Program-made: the position numbers and the translations under genes
Part shown: one piece after another, positions 22,293 through 32,131 of the stretch
How positions within the stretch are numbered: the stretch's first letter is position 1
How the letters are laid out: the number at the start of each line of letters is the position of its first letter
Notes under the pieces: generated by a model
Database searches by the model: none
The model's input: only the letters and a program-made list of their open reading frames with translations
What the model was told of the DNA's origin: nothing
NCBI GenBank assembly: GCA_004195025.1
Contig: SGBB01000004.1
Span: 53,478-117,477 of the forward strand
Direction: 5' to 3'
DNA: 64,000 nucleotides
Source of the DNA: Candidatus Acididesulfobacter diazotrophicus
GTDB lineage: Bacteria > SZUA-79 > Acidulodesulfobacterales > Acidulodesulfobacteraceae

Positions 22293-23513
22293 TTACAATT
22301 TATCAAAATCAATTCCTGAAAATAACCCGTCATTTTTTTTATTTGAGTCGCCGTTTTGCTGCTGTATTCCCGGTGTTCCAATCTTATTTGCATTTGAAGA
22401 CATATTATTGTTTAAAGAACCGCCTTTAGAAATCAATCCTGAATTTATATTTTGTTTTAATTCATCTATATCTGAAGAACGCGAGTATGCTTCTGCTTCA
22501 CTTATTATTCTATTATTTACTAATGAAGCAAGCGCCTGATTTAACGTTTGCATGCCGTATTTTTCCTGCCCCAATTGGAGCTGGGAATATATTTGATGTA
22601 TTTTATTTTCACGAATAAGATTCCTTATGGCAGCATTAGGAATCATAACTTCTGCCGCCAATATCCTGCCGCGGTCATCTATTTTAGGAATAAGAGTTTG
22701 AGACATGACTCCTACTAATGATAATGATAATGACGACCTAATCTGAGATTGCTGATCGGAAGGAAATATATCTATTATTCTTGAAATAGTTTGCACTGCC
22801 GAATTGGTATGCAGAGTTCCAAACGTCAAGTGTCCAGTCTCCGCAATGGTTAATGCAGCCTCCATGGTTTCCATGTCTCGTATTTCGCCTATTAGAACTA
22901 CATCGGGATCTTCTCTTAATATATGCCTTAAACTTTCTAAAAAACTATAAGAATCCTGACCTACTTCTCTCTGATTAACTAAACATGATTTATGCTGAAA
23001 AATATATTCTATAGGATCCTCAATAGTAATGATATGTTCATGTCTTGTTGCGTTTATAGAATCTATCATAGCGGCTAAAGAGGTAGTTTTGCCAGAACCT
23101 GTAGGACCTGTGACTAATATTAAACCTCTTGGCGATTTGATAATTTCTTTTATTATAGGGGGCAAACCTAGTGCATCTATTGAAGGTATCTCATGCGGAA
23201 TAACTCTGAAAGCTCCTGCCACCGAACCTCTGTCAAAATATAGATTGCCTCTGAAACGGGATACCCCTTTCTGTGAAAATGAAAAATCAAGTTCATGAGT
23301 TTCTTCAAATTTTTTCTTTTGGGCATCCGTTATAACGCTATAGCATAAACCTTGGGTATCGGAAGGCGGCAAAGGCGGAAAATTAAGCGGAGCAAGCGAG
23401 CCTTTAAGTCTAATAACCGGAGGTGAACCCGCTGCTATATGCAAATCTGATGCTCCCATATCCACGGTAGTTTTTAATAAATCAGCTATAGAAGGCATTC
23501 CATGTATCCTCAA
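22293..23513 (-). CDS. pilT: Type IV pilus retraction ATPase PilT, with about 50-aa low-complexity C-terminal tail
   Basis: Walker A GPTGSGKTTSLAAM, and GHLTFGTLHTNSA (the PilT AIRNLIRE region is present as AAIRNLIRENK). Confidence 0.9.
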   Translation of the reverse strand: MRIHGMPSIADLLKTTVDMGASDLHIAAGSPPVIRLKGSLAPLNFPPLPPSDTQGLCYSVITDAQKKKFEETHELDFSFSQKGVSRFRGNLYFDRGSVAGAFRVIPHEIPSIDALGLPPIIKEIIKSPRGLILVTGPTGSGKTTSLAAMIDSINATRHEHIITIEDPIEYIFQHKSCLVNQREVGQDSYSFLESLRHILREDPDVVLIGEIRDMETMEAALTIAETGHLTFGTLHTNSAVQTISRIIDIFPSDQQSQIRSSLSLSLVGVMSQTLIPKIDDRGRILAAEVMIPNAAIRNLIRENKIHQIYSQLQLGQEKYGMQTLNQALASLVNNRIISEAEAYSRSSDIDELKQNINSGLISKGGSLNNNMSSNANKIGTPGIQQQNGDSNKKNDGLFSGIDFDKL

Positions 23514-23636
23514 TTAAAAAATAAATTAACGAAATGAATTAATTTTTATAATATTTATATTAATTATTATATTTAATAATCATTGTAATATTATCTAATT
23601 ATAATATTATATATTATAATTAGATAATATTATTCA

Positions 23637-25466
23637 TCATATAATTATATTATTATTATTTGTTTTAAGATATTGCAATATTTCCTCAAGAGAAGTTATG
23701 CCTGAAATAAATTTCTCTTTTGCCGATTCGCTTAAAGTAATCATTTTATGATTTTTAACGGCTAAATTTTCAATTTCAAATTCATTAGCATTTTTATAAA
23801 TTAAATCTTTAATATCATCGGTTACGGTAAGCACTTCGTATATTGCGATTCTGCCTTTGTATCCTGTATTCATACAAGCGGAACATCCTTTAGGCTTATA
23901 AAATAAATTGCGAGAAACGTTGCTGTCTTCAAATCCGAAACCTTTTAGAAGTATATTGTCAGGTTTATAAGGTTCTTTGCATTCATTACATAATTTTCTT
24001 ATAAGTCTTTGTGCTATTATAAGATTAAGACTGGACGCCACAAGAAATGACTCCACTCCGACATTAATTAAACGGGAAATAGTTGATGCAGCATTATTTG
24101 TATGAATCGTTGAAAGAACTAAATGTCCCGTCAAAGCGGCTTTAATAGCAATTTCTGCGGTTTCAAGGTCCCTTATTTCGCCTACCATAATTATGTCAGG
24201 ATCCTGCCTTAAAAAAGAACGCAGCGCTGCAGCAAATGTTAAACCTATATCTTCGTTAATTTGAACCTGATTAATACCGTAAATATTATATTCTACAGGA
24301 TCTTCCGCTGTAGAAATATTTACTGATTTTGCGTTTAAATCGCTTAATGCGCTGTATAAAGTAGTTGTTTTGCCTGAGCCTGTAGGACCTGTGACAAGTA
24401 TCATGCCGTATGGTTTATGTATAGCGCTCTGAAAATCATTCAATTGATTTTCAGAAAATCCTAATTTACCCATATCAAGCTGAAGGGAAGATTTATCTAG
24501 TATTCTCATTACAATTTTCTCTCCGTACAGTATAGGGAGACACGATACTCTAATATCTACTTCTTTATTCTCCACTTTAACTTTTATCCTTCCGTCTTGA
24601 GGCATTCGTCTTTCTGCTATGTCCATCTGAGACATAATTTTAATTCTTGAACTTATTGCATTTTTTAATTGTCCCGGAACCGTCATAATTTCATTTAATT
24701 TTCCGTCTATCCTGAATCTCACTCTTATATTGTTTTCGTAAGGTTCAAAGTGTAAGTCGCTTGCGCCTCTTCTGATCCCGTCAGCTAAAACCTTATTAAC
24801 AAATTGGATGATAGGTTTTTCTGAGGAAGATTTTTGCATCTCTGAAATATCAATTTTTTCATTGGTATCTTCAATAGAAATAGAATCTATATAATCTTTG
24901 TGGTCCGTCAAAATAGTAGAAGCATTGTAATATGAAGATAAAGCTTGATTTATTTCAGATTCGGAGGCAAGCACTACTTCAACATTAAGTCCTGTATAAA
25001 ACTTAATGTCTTCAAGAACGGTCACTTTTGTAGGATCGGAAACTGCCAGATATAAAGTATTGCCTTGGCGTTTATATGGAACAACGCGATATTTTAAAGC
25101 AGTGTCAGGAGGAATCAGTTTGATAACATCTGAAGGTATTTCAGAAGAAAGAAGATTAATAGTCGCTGCGCCAAATTCTTTTGATAAAAATGAAACAAGT
25201 TCGGAATCTTTAACAAACCCAAGTTTTGACAGCTGTTTGCCGATGCTGCCGCCTGATAGTTCCTGCTCTTCAAGTGCCTGTTTTAATTGGCTTGCAGTAA
25301 TTATATCATTTTTTACAAGTATTTCTCCCAGCTTAATATCTTGTAATTGCTGACCTTTTTTTAATCCGTTTCTTATCTTTTCCTGTATCAATAAAGCATT
25401 ATTTACATCATCTTTCTTTATTGCACCATGTTTTATTAAAATTTCGCCAAGTTTTTGAGATTCCAT
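23637..25466 (-). CDS. pilB: Type IV pilus assembly ATPase PilB (GspE family)
   Basis: Duplicated N-terminal GspE_N-type segments (LGEILIKHGAI..., LGEILVKNDII...), Walker A GPTGSGKTTTLYS, and a tetracysteine cluster CNECK...CSAC. Confidence 0.9.
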   Translation of the reverse strand: MESQKLGEILIKHGAIKKDDVNNALLIQEKIRNGLKKGQQLQDIKLGEILVKNDIITASQLKQALEEQELSGGSIGKQLSKLGFVKDSELVSFLSKEFGAATINLLSSEIPSDVIKLIPPDTALKYRVVPYKRQGNTLYLAVSDPTKVTVLEDIKFYTGLNVEVVLASESEINQALSSYYNASTILTDHKDYIDSISIEDTNEKIDISEMQKSSSEKPIIQFVNKVLADGIRRGASDLHFEPYENNIRVRFRIDGKLNEIMTVPGQLKNAISSRIKIMSQMDIAERRMPQDGRIKVKVENKEVDIRVSCLPILYGEKIVMRILDKSSLQLDMGKLGFSENQLNDFQSAIHKPYGMILVTGPTGSGKTTTLYSALSDLNAKSVNISTAEDPVEYNIYGINQVQINEDIGLTFAAALRSFLRQDPDIIMVGEIRDLETAEIAIKAALTGHLVLSTIHTNNAASTISRLINVGVESFLVASSLNLIIAQRLIRKLCNECKEPYKPDNILLKGFGFEDSNVSRNLFYKPKGCSACMNTGYKGRIAIYEVLTVTDDIKDLIYKNANEFEIENLAVKNHKMITLSESAKEKFISGITSLEEILQYLKTNNNNIII

Positions 25467-25550
25467 AATAATATAATAAAAATATTAAATTTTGTAATTT
25501 TGTTATATAAAAAAAATTTCTATATATTTATCAATATTTATATTTATCAA

Positions 25551-25606
25551 CGCAGGCCAAATGTATTATATTATAATGAATAAAATACCTGACTAAAACT
25601 AAACAG
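25551..25606. repeat. Degenerate fragment of the 43-kb palindromic element family
   Basis: It shares the 14-mer ctaaaactaaacag (25593-25606 = 43055-43068) plus upstream cgcagg / aatgtatt pieces in the same order as 43036-43068. Confidence 0.35.
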
Positions 25607-25779
25607 AATACCGATTTAAAACTAACTTTTTTAAAGTAAAATAGAATCGCTGGAGCTTTACTTTATTTATTAGATGTCTAAACTAAAAAATAATTTAATT
25701 TTCAATATCTATTTTATAATATAAATTACATATAAATCAAGCAGGTAAATACGTAATTTTATAATTTTTATTTATATAT

Positions 25780-26673
25780 TTATAATTGTATAGCATTTAA
25801 GGCAAAATTAAAATCAGGTTTTTTGTCTGTCCATATATAAAAACTTTCAATAGCTTGAAAAAGCAGCATTGAAAAACCATTGGCAGTTTTTATTTTATTT
25901 TTTCTCATAATTGCCATAAACGGAGTTTCGGGAGGGCTATATGAAATATCTATTGCATAAGAATTCTTGTTTAATTCGCTAAAAGGCAGCGATAATATTG
26001 TTTTGGCAGATTCTTCCGAAGGAGTTACGGTATTTACGATTAAACCGCACTCATTAAATACATTTTTAATTGTTTCGGATATAAAATTAGAATATGATAA
26101 TGATTTAATATTGAGGTTATTATATTTATTCCATTCAGATGCCGTCTCGACTAATTGCGCAGCCTTTCTTAAATCTCTATTTATCAAATGTATACCTGAA
26201 GCCCCTTCTTTTAGCAAAGAATATAAAATAGCTTTTGAAGCGCCTCCTGCTCCAAGAATAATAATTTTTGCATTATTTAAATTAAAATTAAATTCATATT
26301 TAACGCTTTTAATAAAACCGATACTGTCTGTATTATAACCCTTATAAATATTATTGTCTAATTTTACGGTATTTACAGCTCCTATAATTTCTGCTTCTTT
26401 GCTTAATTTATCTAAATATTTTACGACCTCTACTTTGTAGGGTTTTGTGATATTGGCGCCGTTTAGTTTTAGAGATTTAAAACCGTTAAAAGCTTCTGCA
26501 AAACAATCGGGATTCACATCAAATTTCTTATAACAAAGATTTAATTTTAAAATATTTCCAAGTTTATTATGGATAAGGGGAGATACTGAATACGATATGT
26601 TATGTCCGAATATGCCTAAAACCAAAGGGCAAACATATTGATTTTTAGAGTTTTCAGAAACAATAAAATCCAT
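25780..26673 (-). CDS. aroE: Shikimate 5-dehydrogenase
   Basis: SYSVSPLIHN substrate motif, NITKPYK, GYNTD, and the Rossmann GAGGASKA. Confidence 0.85.
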   Translation of the reverse strand: MDFIVSENSKNQYVCPLVLGIFGHNISYSVSPLIHNKLGNILKLNLCYKKFDVNPDCFAEAFNGFKSLKLNGANITKPYKVEVVKYLDKLSKEAEIIGAVNTVKLDNNIYKGYNTDSIGFIKSVKYEFNFNLNNAKIIILGAGGASKAILYSLLKEGASGIHLINRDLRKAAQLVETASEWNKYNNLNIKSLSYSNFISETIKNVFNECGLIVNTVTPSEESAKTILSLPFSELNKNSYAIDISYSPPETPFMAIMRKNKIKTANGFSMLLFQAIESFYIWTDKKPDFNFALNAIQL

Positions 26674-26745
26674 TAAGCCTTATTTTATCTTATTTATTTC
26701 TTATTTATTTATTTATTTTTAAATCATTTAATCCAAATCATTAAT

Positions 26746-27690
26746 TTAAACCATTAATAGCTGTTTAAGAAGATAATCTATTTTTGCAGCCTTTTTATCG
26801 TCAATAAACATATACACATATCTTTCTATTTCATTAACGAGCTTAGTAAGGGATTGCTTATCTGTTTTGACATGACTGAAATCAACGGGTATTTTTTCGG
26901 CTTTTTTTCCTAATTGTTCATTTAATATTTTTTTAATAGAGTCTACAATGTCAACGTTGGCAGCTTTAAGATTTTGTGGCGGGTCAAGATGAATATATCC
27001 GCTTTGCGAAAGATTATATAAAGTTTTTATAATAAAAAAATCATTTTCAATGGAAAGCGCAATAATCTGGCTTACCGTTCTTTTCCCGTCAATAAGAGAT
27101 AAAACATTCCATATGGCAGGAGAAAGGCTTAACGGTCTTGCGTTTTCCGTTCTATTTGTAATAACATGCGGTACATATTGCTTTGAAGGTATTATTTTAG
27201 ACATCACGGCCAATTCGTCTCTTCTTTTTTTAGTTTCTAAAAGAACAGGGATGAGATTTATCGGAGATGCAAAATTTATAACTTCAGGAAGAGATTTTTC
27301 ATCAAAAGAAAATTCGCCGTTGGATAAAAATAGGATATAATTAATGGTCTCAAGTATATAGTTAGAAATAAAATCATTTTCTTTATCTTTAGGGATAACG
27401 CCCAATTTAAAAAAATATATATCAAATCCTGCCGTGGTTTTATAATAAGTTCTGTATTTTTCTATCATTTGAAAATAATCTTCTTTGCTGATGTCTAAAA
27501 ATTTCATTATAAATTTTTCAAGGATAGAATTTTCTGAAATAGACAGGAAATTAAGCAATCCGTCTTTTATAAAAAGCTTAGCCGCAAAATCATCAAAGCG
27601 TAGATTTAAAACGCCTGTTTTTTTTGATATATCCAAAAATTTTAATACATCAAAGAGTTCTAAATTTGTTATATTTCCTTTAACATCCAT
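26746..27690 (-). CDS. DUF4388-like (PATAN-type) domain protein
   Basis: N-terminal GNITNLELFDVLKFLDISKKTGVLNLRFDDFAAKLFIKDGLLNFL matches the pattern I associate with DUF4388. The rest is unassigned. Confidence 0.55.
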   Translation of the reverse strand: MDVKGNITNLELFDVLKFLDISKKTGVLNLRFDDFAAKLFIKDGLLNFLSISENSILEKFIMKFLDISKEDYFQMIEKYRTYYKTTAGFDIYFFKLGVIPKDKENDFISNYILETINYILFLSNGEFSFDEKSLPEVINFASPINLIPVLLETKKRRDELAVMSKIIPSKQYVPHVITNRTENARPLSLSPAIWNVLSLIDGKRTVSQIIALSIENDFFIIKTLYNLSQSGYIHLDPPQNLKAANVDIVDSIKKILNEQLGKKAEKIPVDFSHVKTDKQSLTKLVNEIERYVYMFIDDKKAAKIDYLLKQLLMV

Positions 27691-27695
27691 GATAT

Positions 27696-28043
27696 TTATT
27701 TGCGAACCTCTAATTCTTGAATTAAGTGAAATATAAATCTATTGACAACAGCTACAAATATGGAACCAAAAAATAAAACTAAAGAAATAAGAAAATAAGC
27801 CAGGTCCATATTAGTTAAATATGAAATAAAAAAGAAACTCCCTGCTTCTGCTATAAAAAAAAATAACATAAAAACAAACATTATAGCAAGCCATTTTCCT
27901 ACAAAACCTCCGGGAACTCTCTTCTTTAGGGAAGAAGCAATAATCATATTGGCCAGCATTATTAAAGCTCCAAATAATATGAAAACATAAAACAAATTTT
28001 TAAAATTTAATAAATTTAATGATCCCGCCATAAAATCCTCCAA
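27696..28043 (-). CDS. Small hypothetical membrane protein (3 TM segments)
   Basis: 115-aa hydrophobic ORF ending 5 nt upstream of the DUF4388 gene start. No family recognised. Confidence 0.45.
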   Translation of the reverse strand: MEDFMAGSLNLLNFKNLFYVFILFGALIMLANMIIASSLKKRVPGGFVGKWLAIMFVFMLFFFIAEAGSFFFISYLTNMDLAYFLISLVLFFGSIFVAVVNRFIFHLIQELEVRK

Positions 28044-28348
28044 ACTTAATATATAATATTAAATTATTTATTTTAATTTATCACAGGCATATTATATAAC
28101 ATATTTTGAAAATTTATTAAAATAAAATTAAGCTTTTTATTTATTATTATTTCTTAATTTATTTATTATTTATTTAATTATTATTTATACTATTTTTATA
28201 CATTATATTACATATAAAATTTTATGCAATAAATTATTATTTAATTTTTTAATTTTTTTTATTTTATTATACACTATTTAATATTTCAAAATAACATCAC
28301 GCAATATTACAATAACACAATATATTAATAAAACAAATTAAAATTTCC

Positions 28349-28508
28349 TTAATCCTGCGATAGTAAATAATTACTTCTGTATTCCAGCTTTCGCGGAATG
28401 ACTTAGCAAAGATTTAAATTTCTCACTTCAGGTGTTATTCCAGCGAAAGCGGGAATACAGTGTTATTTAGCGTTAAAATATCTAAAACATATTTTAACGC
28501 AGGATTAA
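28349..28508. repeat. 160-bp nested palindromic intergenic element built from two inverted GT(C/T)ATTCC-N9/10-GGAATACAG units
   Basis: Outer arms are ttaatcctgcg (28349-28359) / cgcaggattaa (28498-28508). Inner units are ctgtattccagctttcgcggaatgac (28377-28402) and gttattccagcgaaagcgggaatacag (28434-28460). There is an extra hairpin at 28472-28498. Confidence 0.7.
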
Positions 28509-28623
28509 AATGTAATTTGACACTTTTAATTTATGAAATAATAAATTATAATAAATATATAGACAGAGTAAAAGTATAATAAATATAATAAATAACAATT
28601 ATAATAAATAACAATAAATAAAT

Positions 28624-28968
28624 ATGACTATAAATATTAAAGATTTAAATAAATTGAGCTTTGAAGAAGCTTTGAAAAAGCTCGAAGAAAATGTTACTAA
28701 CCTTGAAAAAGGAGACTTAGGTCTTGAAGAATCGCTTAAAATTTATGAAGAAGGAGTTGTGTATTCTAAATATTGCATTGATAAATTAGACGCAGCCGAA
28801 AAAAAAGTTGAAGAATTAACGTCTGATAAAAACGGCAAGTTAAAAATAAAACCTATAGATAATATAGATACTATAAACATTGAAACTCCTAAAAATGCCG
28901 AAAATGCAATAGGTAGTGATGAGATAAATAATAATAATGATAATATATTTGATGAACCTCCATTTTAA
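28624..28968 (+). CDS. xseB: Exodeoxyribonuclease VII small subunit with extended C-terminus
   Basis: LSFEEALKKLEENVTNLEKGDLGLEESLKIYEEGVVYSKYC is the XseB core. It lies immediately upstream of ispA-dxs, the conserved arrangement. Confidence 0.85.
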   Translation: MTINIKDLNKLSFEEALKKLEENVTNLEKGDLGLEESLKIYEEGVVYSKYCIDKLDAAEKKVEELTSDKNGKLKIKPIDNIDTINIETPKNAENAIGSDEINNNNDNIFDEPPF

Positions 28969-28982
28969 TATCTAATTTTATT

Positions 28983-29936
28983 ATGTTTTTAATAGAAAAT
29001 TACATAGAAGAAAATAAAAACATTATAAATAATTTTTTATATGAGTATTTTCAAAAAAATTATAATTATAATGAAGACAATTTTTTAAAAAAAAATATTT
29101 CAAACGAAATATCTAAAATTAATACAAATTCTTCAATAAAAGATGCGATGTATTATACCGTATCTCTCGGAGGTAAAAGGATCCGCCCTATTTTTTTGCT
29201 TATAACGGCAGAATGTCTCGGGTTTAAAAATAAATCGCAATTACTTCCGTTTGCATGCTCTATTGAACTTATCCACTCATATTCCTTAATACATGATGAT
29301 TTACCAGCTATGGACAATGATAATTTAAGAAGAGGAAAGCCTACAAACCATGTTGTTTTCGGGGAGGCCGCCGCAATTCTTGCAGGAGATGCATTGCTTT
29401 CAGAAGCTTTTATAATGATTTCCGATAACGAATATATAAAACATTTTAAATGCGATATTATATTAAAAATAATTCAAGAATTATCTTTTTTATCAGGTGC
29501 GGAGGGCTTAGTCGGGGGACAATTTCTTGATATAATAAATTCAGGAATGTCTATCTGCAATGAAAAACTGACGGAAATACATGATAAAAAAACAGCTGCT
29601 CTGATTAAAGCTGCTTGCGCTATGGGCGGAATTCTCGGAGGAGCAGACGACAGCCTGACAGCTTCTTTAAAAAATTACGGGACTTATATAGGACTTGCTT
29701 TTCAAGCGTTAGACGATTTGTTAGATATCACCGGAAACAGTCAAATTACAGGAAAAACAGCAGGCATTGACGAAAATAATAAAAAATCCAATATTGCATC
29801 AATACTCGGAGCGGATAAAACTAAAAAATTAATAAAAGAATATACCGAAAATGGTCTATCATGCCTTGATAAAACAAATATAAATTTTAATATGCTAAAA
29901 GATTTTTCATATTATTTGACAAAAAGAATAAATTAA
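28983..29936 (+). CDS. ispA: Farnesyl/geranyl diphosphate synthase (short-chain trans-prenyltransferase)
   Basis: First and second Asp-rich motifs LIHDDLPAMDNDNLRRG and ALDDLLD. Confidence 0.9.
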   Translation: MFLIENYIEENKNIINNFLYEYFQKNYNYNEDNFLKKNISNEISKINTNSSIKDAMYYTVSLGGKRIRPIFLLITAECLGFKNKSQLLPFACSIELIHSYSLIHDDLPAMDNDNLRRGKPTNHVVFGEAAAILAGDALLSEAFIMISDNEYIKHFKCDIILKIIQELSFLSGAEGLVGGQFLDIINSGMSICNEKLTEIHDKKTAALIKAACAMGGILGGADDSLTASLKNYGTYIGLAFQALDDLLDITGNSQITGKTAGIDENNKKSNIASILGADKTKKLIKEYTENGLSCLDKTNINFNMLKDFSYYLTKRIN

Positions 29937-30014
29937 AAATTTTCGTAAATATATAAATAATATTAAATAATATATATAAACAACCATCGCTAACATGGTT
30001 ATAAAAATAAAATA

Positions 30015-31973
30015 ATGATACTAGATAATATAAATGATGTTAAAGATATAAAAAAAATAAACCCGGAAGATCTTAATCTATTAGCAAAAGAACTCCGTAA
30101 AGAAATTATTTCGGTATGCTCAAAAAACGGGGGACATCTTGCTTCAAGTTTAGGGGTAGTTGAATTGACTATTGCGATATTAAAGTCGTTTGATATAGAA
30201 AAAAATGACAAAATTATCTGGGATGTAGGTCATCAATCCTATGCATACAAGCTTCTTACGGGAAGACGCGATAAATTTAATTCAATTAGAAAATTAGGCG
30301 GGCTGTCCGGTTTTCCGTCTATAAACGAAAGCAAATATGATTTTTTTGGAACAGGACACGCCGGAACTTCCATATCTGCAGCCTTAGGAATGGCTATTGC
30401 AGACGATATAATAAAAAAAAATCTTAATCTTAATAATGACGGAAGAATTATTGCCGTAATAGGAGACGCTTCTATTTCTAACGGGCTGGCATTAGAAGGG
30501 CTAAATCACGCTGGAGCAATGAAAAAAGACATTATTGTAATTCTTAACGATAACGAAATGTCAATATCAAAAAGCGTAGGGGCTTTTTCAAATTATCTGA
30601 ATAAAATTCTAACCGGCGAAATTTATATAAAATTAAGAAATGAAACTGAAAAATTTTTAAAATCTATACCTTTATTTGGTTTACAATTTGCAAAATTAGC
30701 TTCTAAAACTGAAGAACTATTTAAAAATATGATAGGTCCAGGTATAATATTTGAAGAACTCGGTTTTACTTATATAGGACCTATAGACGGGCATAACATT
30801 GAATATTTAGCAGATACGTTTGAAAACATTAAAAAAATAAAAAAACCTATTTTACTTCATATAATTACTCAGAAGGGCAAAGGATATAAACCGTCGGAAA
30901 AGAACCCGTCATTATTTCACGGTATTTCCGCTTTTGATGAAAACACCGGTATAATGCTTAAGAAAACTGGCAATATTACATTAGGAGAAACCGCAAGCAA
31001 TTTTCTGATTAAATTAGCTAAAAACAATAAAAATATTATCGCAATAACCGCCGCTATGACTGAGGGCACGGGTCTTGCCAATTTTGCCAAATTATTTCCC
31101 GAGAGATTTTTTGATGTCGGAATACAGGAAGAACATGCGGTTACATTTTCAGCAGGAGCTGCTGCAAACGGACTTAAACCTTTTTTCTTTATTTATTCCA
31201 CATTTCTTCAAAGATCGCTTGATCAGATAATCCACGATGTATGTCTGCAAAATTTACCAGTAGTTTTTTGCATAGACAGAGCCGGCATTGCAGGAGAAGA
31301 CGGCGTCACTCACCAGGGAATATTTGACTTATCTTTCTTAGGTTATATTCCTAATTTAGTTATAATGTGTCCTAAAGACGCAGATGAACTGATAAGAATG
31401 GTTAAAAGCTCCATTTCTTACAATAAACCTGTTGCGATAAGATACCCTAAAAGCGAAATACCCTATTTTGAAATGCCTGATCCCGACAATATAGCTATAA
31501 TTCAGGAGGGTGAATTTGAAACTTTAATTGATAATTTTGAATACATTATTGTAAGCATAGGTATACAAACCGCTATGCTTGAAAAAATATTAAACGAAAT
31601 TAACACGGATAACAAGAACGTCAGCGGTATGAAATCCATAGGTCTTATTAATGCCAGATTCGTTTCGCCTATATCGGAAAACCTTATAAATAAAATAAAA
31701 TATGCAAAAAAAATAATGACTGTTGAAGAAAATGTTGAGTTTTCAGGATTCGGATCAAAAATTATTACGCTTTTATCCGATAATTTATCAAATGATGTAT
31801 TAAATTTTAAATATAAAATAGTATCTTTAGGAAATAATTTTATTGAACACGGTTCCAGAAAAGAAATGCTTTCTTTATCCGGATTTTCGGAACAGGGTTT
31901 TAAAATAATGATCAATGAATTTTTCTTTTCCAAAAAAAAATTAATTGATATCAGATATTCTGCCAATTTATAA
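30015..31973 (+). CDS. dxs: 1-deoxy-D-xylulose-5-phosphate synthase
   Basis: 652 aa with GGHLASSLGVVELT, WDVGHQSYAYKLLTGR, and the TPP motif GDASISNGLALEGLNHAG. Confidence 0.95.
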   Translation: MILDNINDVKDIKKINPEDLNLLAKELRKEIISVCSKNGGHLASSLGVVELTIAILKSFDIEKNDKIIWDVGHQSYAYKLLTGRRDKFNSIRKLGGLSGFPSINESKYDFFGTGHAGTSISAALGMAIADDIIKKNLNLNNDGRIIAVIGDASISNGLALEGLNHAGAMKKDIIVILNDNEMSISKSVGAFSNYLNKILTGEIYIKLRNETEKFLKSIPLFGLQFAKLASKTEELFKNMIGPGIIFEELGFTYIGPIDGHNIEYLADTFENIKKIKKPILLHIITQKGKGYKPSEKNPSLFHGISAFDENTGIMLKKTGNITLGETASNFLIKLAKNNKNIIAITAAMTEGTGLANFAKLFPERFFDVGIQEEHAVTFSAGAAANGLKPFFFIYSTFLQRSLDQIIHDVCLQNLPVVFCIDRAGIAGEDGVTHQGIFDLSFLGYIPNLVIMCPKDADELIRMVKSSISYNKPVAIRYPKSEIPYFEMPDPDNIAIIQEGEFETLIDNFEYIIVSIGIQTAMLEKILNEINTDNKNVSGMKSIGLINARFVSPISENLINKIKYAKKIMTVEENVEFSGFGSKIITLLSDNLSNDVLNFKYKIVSLGNNFIEHGSRKEMLSLSGFSEQGFKIMINEFFFSKKKLIDIRYSANL

Positions 31974-32131
31974 TATTTCATAATTGTTTTTTGTAAAATT
32001 GAGAAATATATAAAACTTAACAAAGCTATATAAAATAAAATAAAAAATTAAAAATATAATAAAACAAAATAAGTAAATTGACTAGCTTAAAGTTTTCTTT
32101 ACTTGCTTTATTTTTATGAAGATAAGATAAA

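Noticed and set aside
22178-22539. ORFs 22178-22429 and 22282-22539 on the plus strand
   Set aside because: They start inside the repeat element and run antisense into the pilT C-terminus. They have no RBS and their translations are low-complexity. The pilT frame on the other strand is clearly the real one.
25467-28623. Large AT-rich spacers (25467-25779, 28044-28623) as candidate oriC or dif
   Set aside because: I found no cluster of DnaA boxes (TTATCCACA or its complement). The only near match, at about 45808, is inside cobO. No dnaA, dnaN or gidA lies nearby. The aatgtattatattat string at 25559 only loosely resembles dif.
31502-32023. 173-aa minus-strand ORF overlapping the 3' end of dxs
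   Set aside because: It lies antisense to a well-supported dxs frame. Its hydrophobic low-complexity translation gives no independent support.
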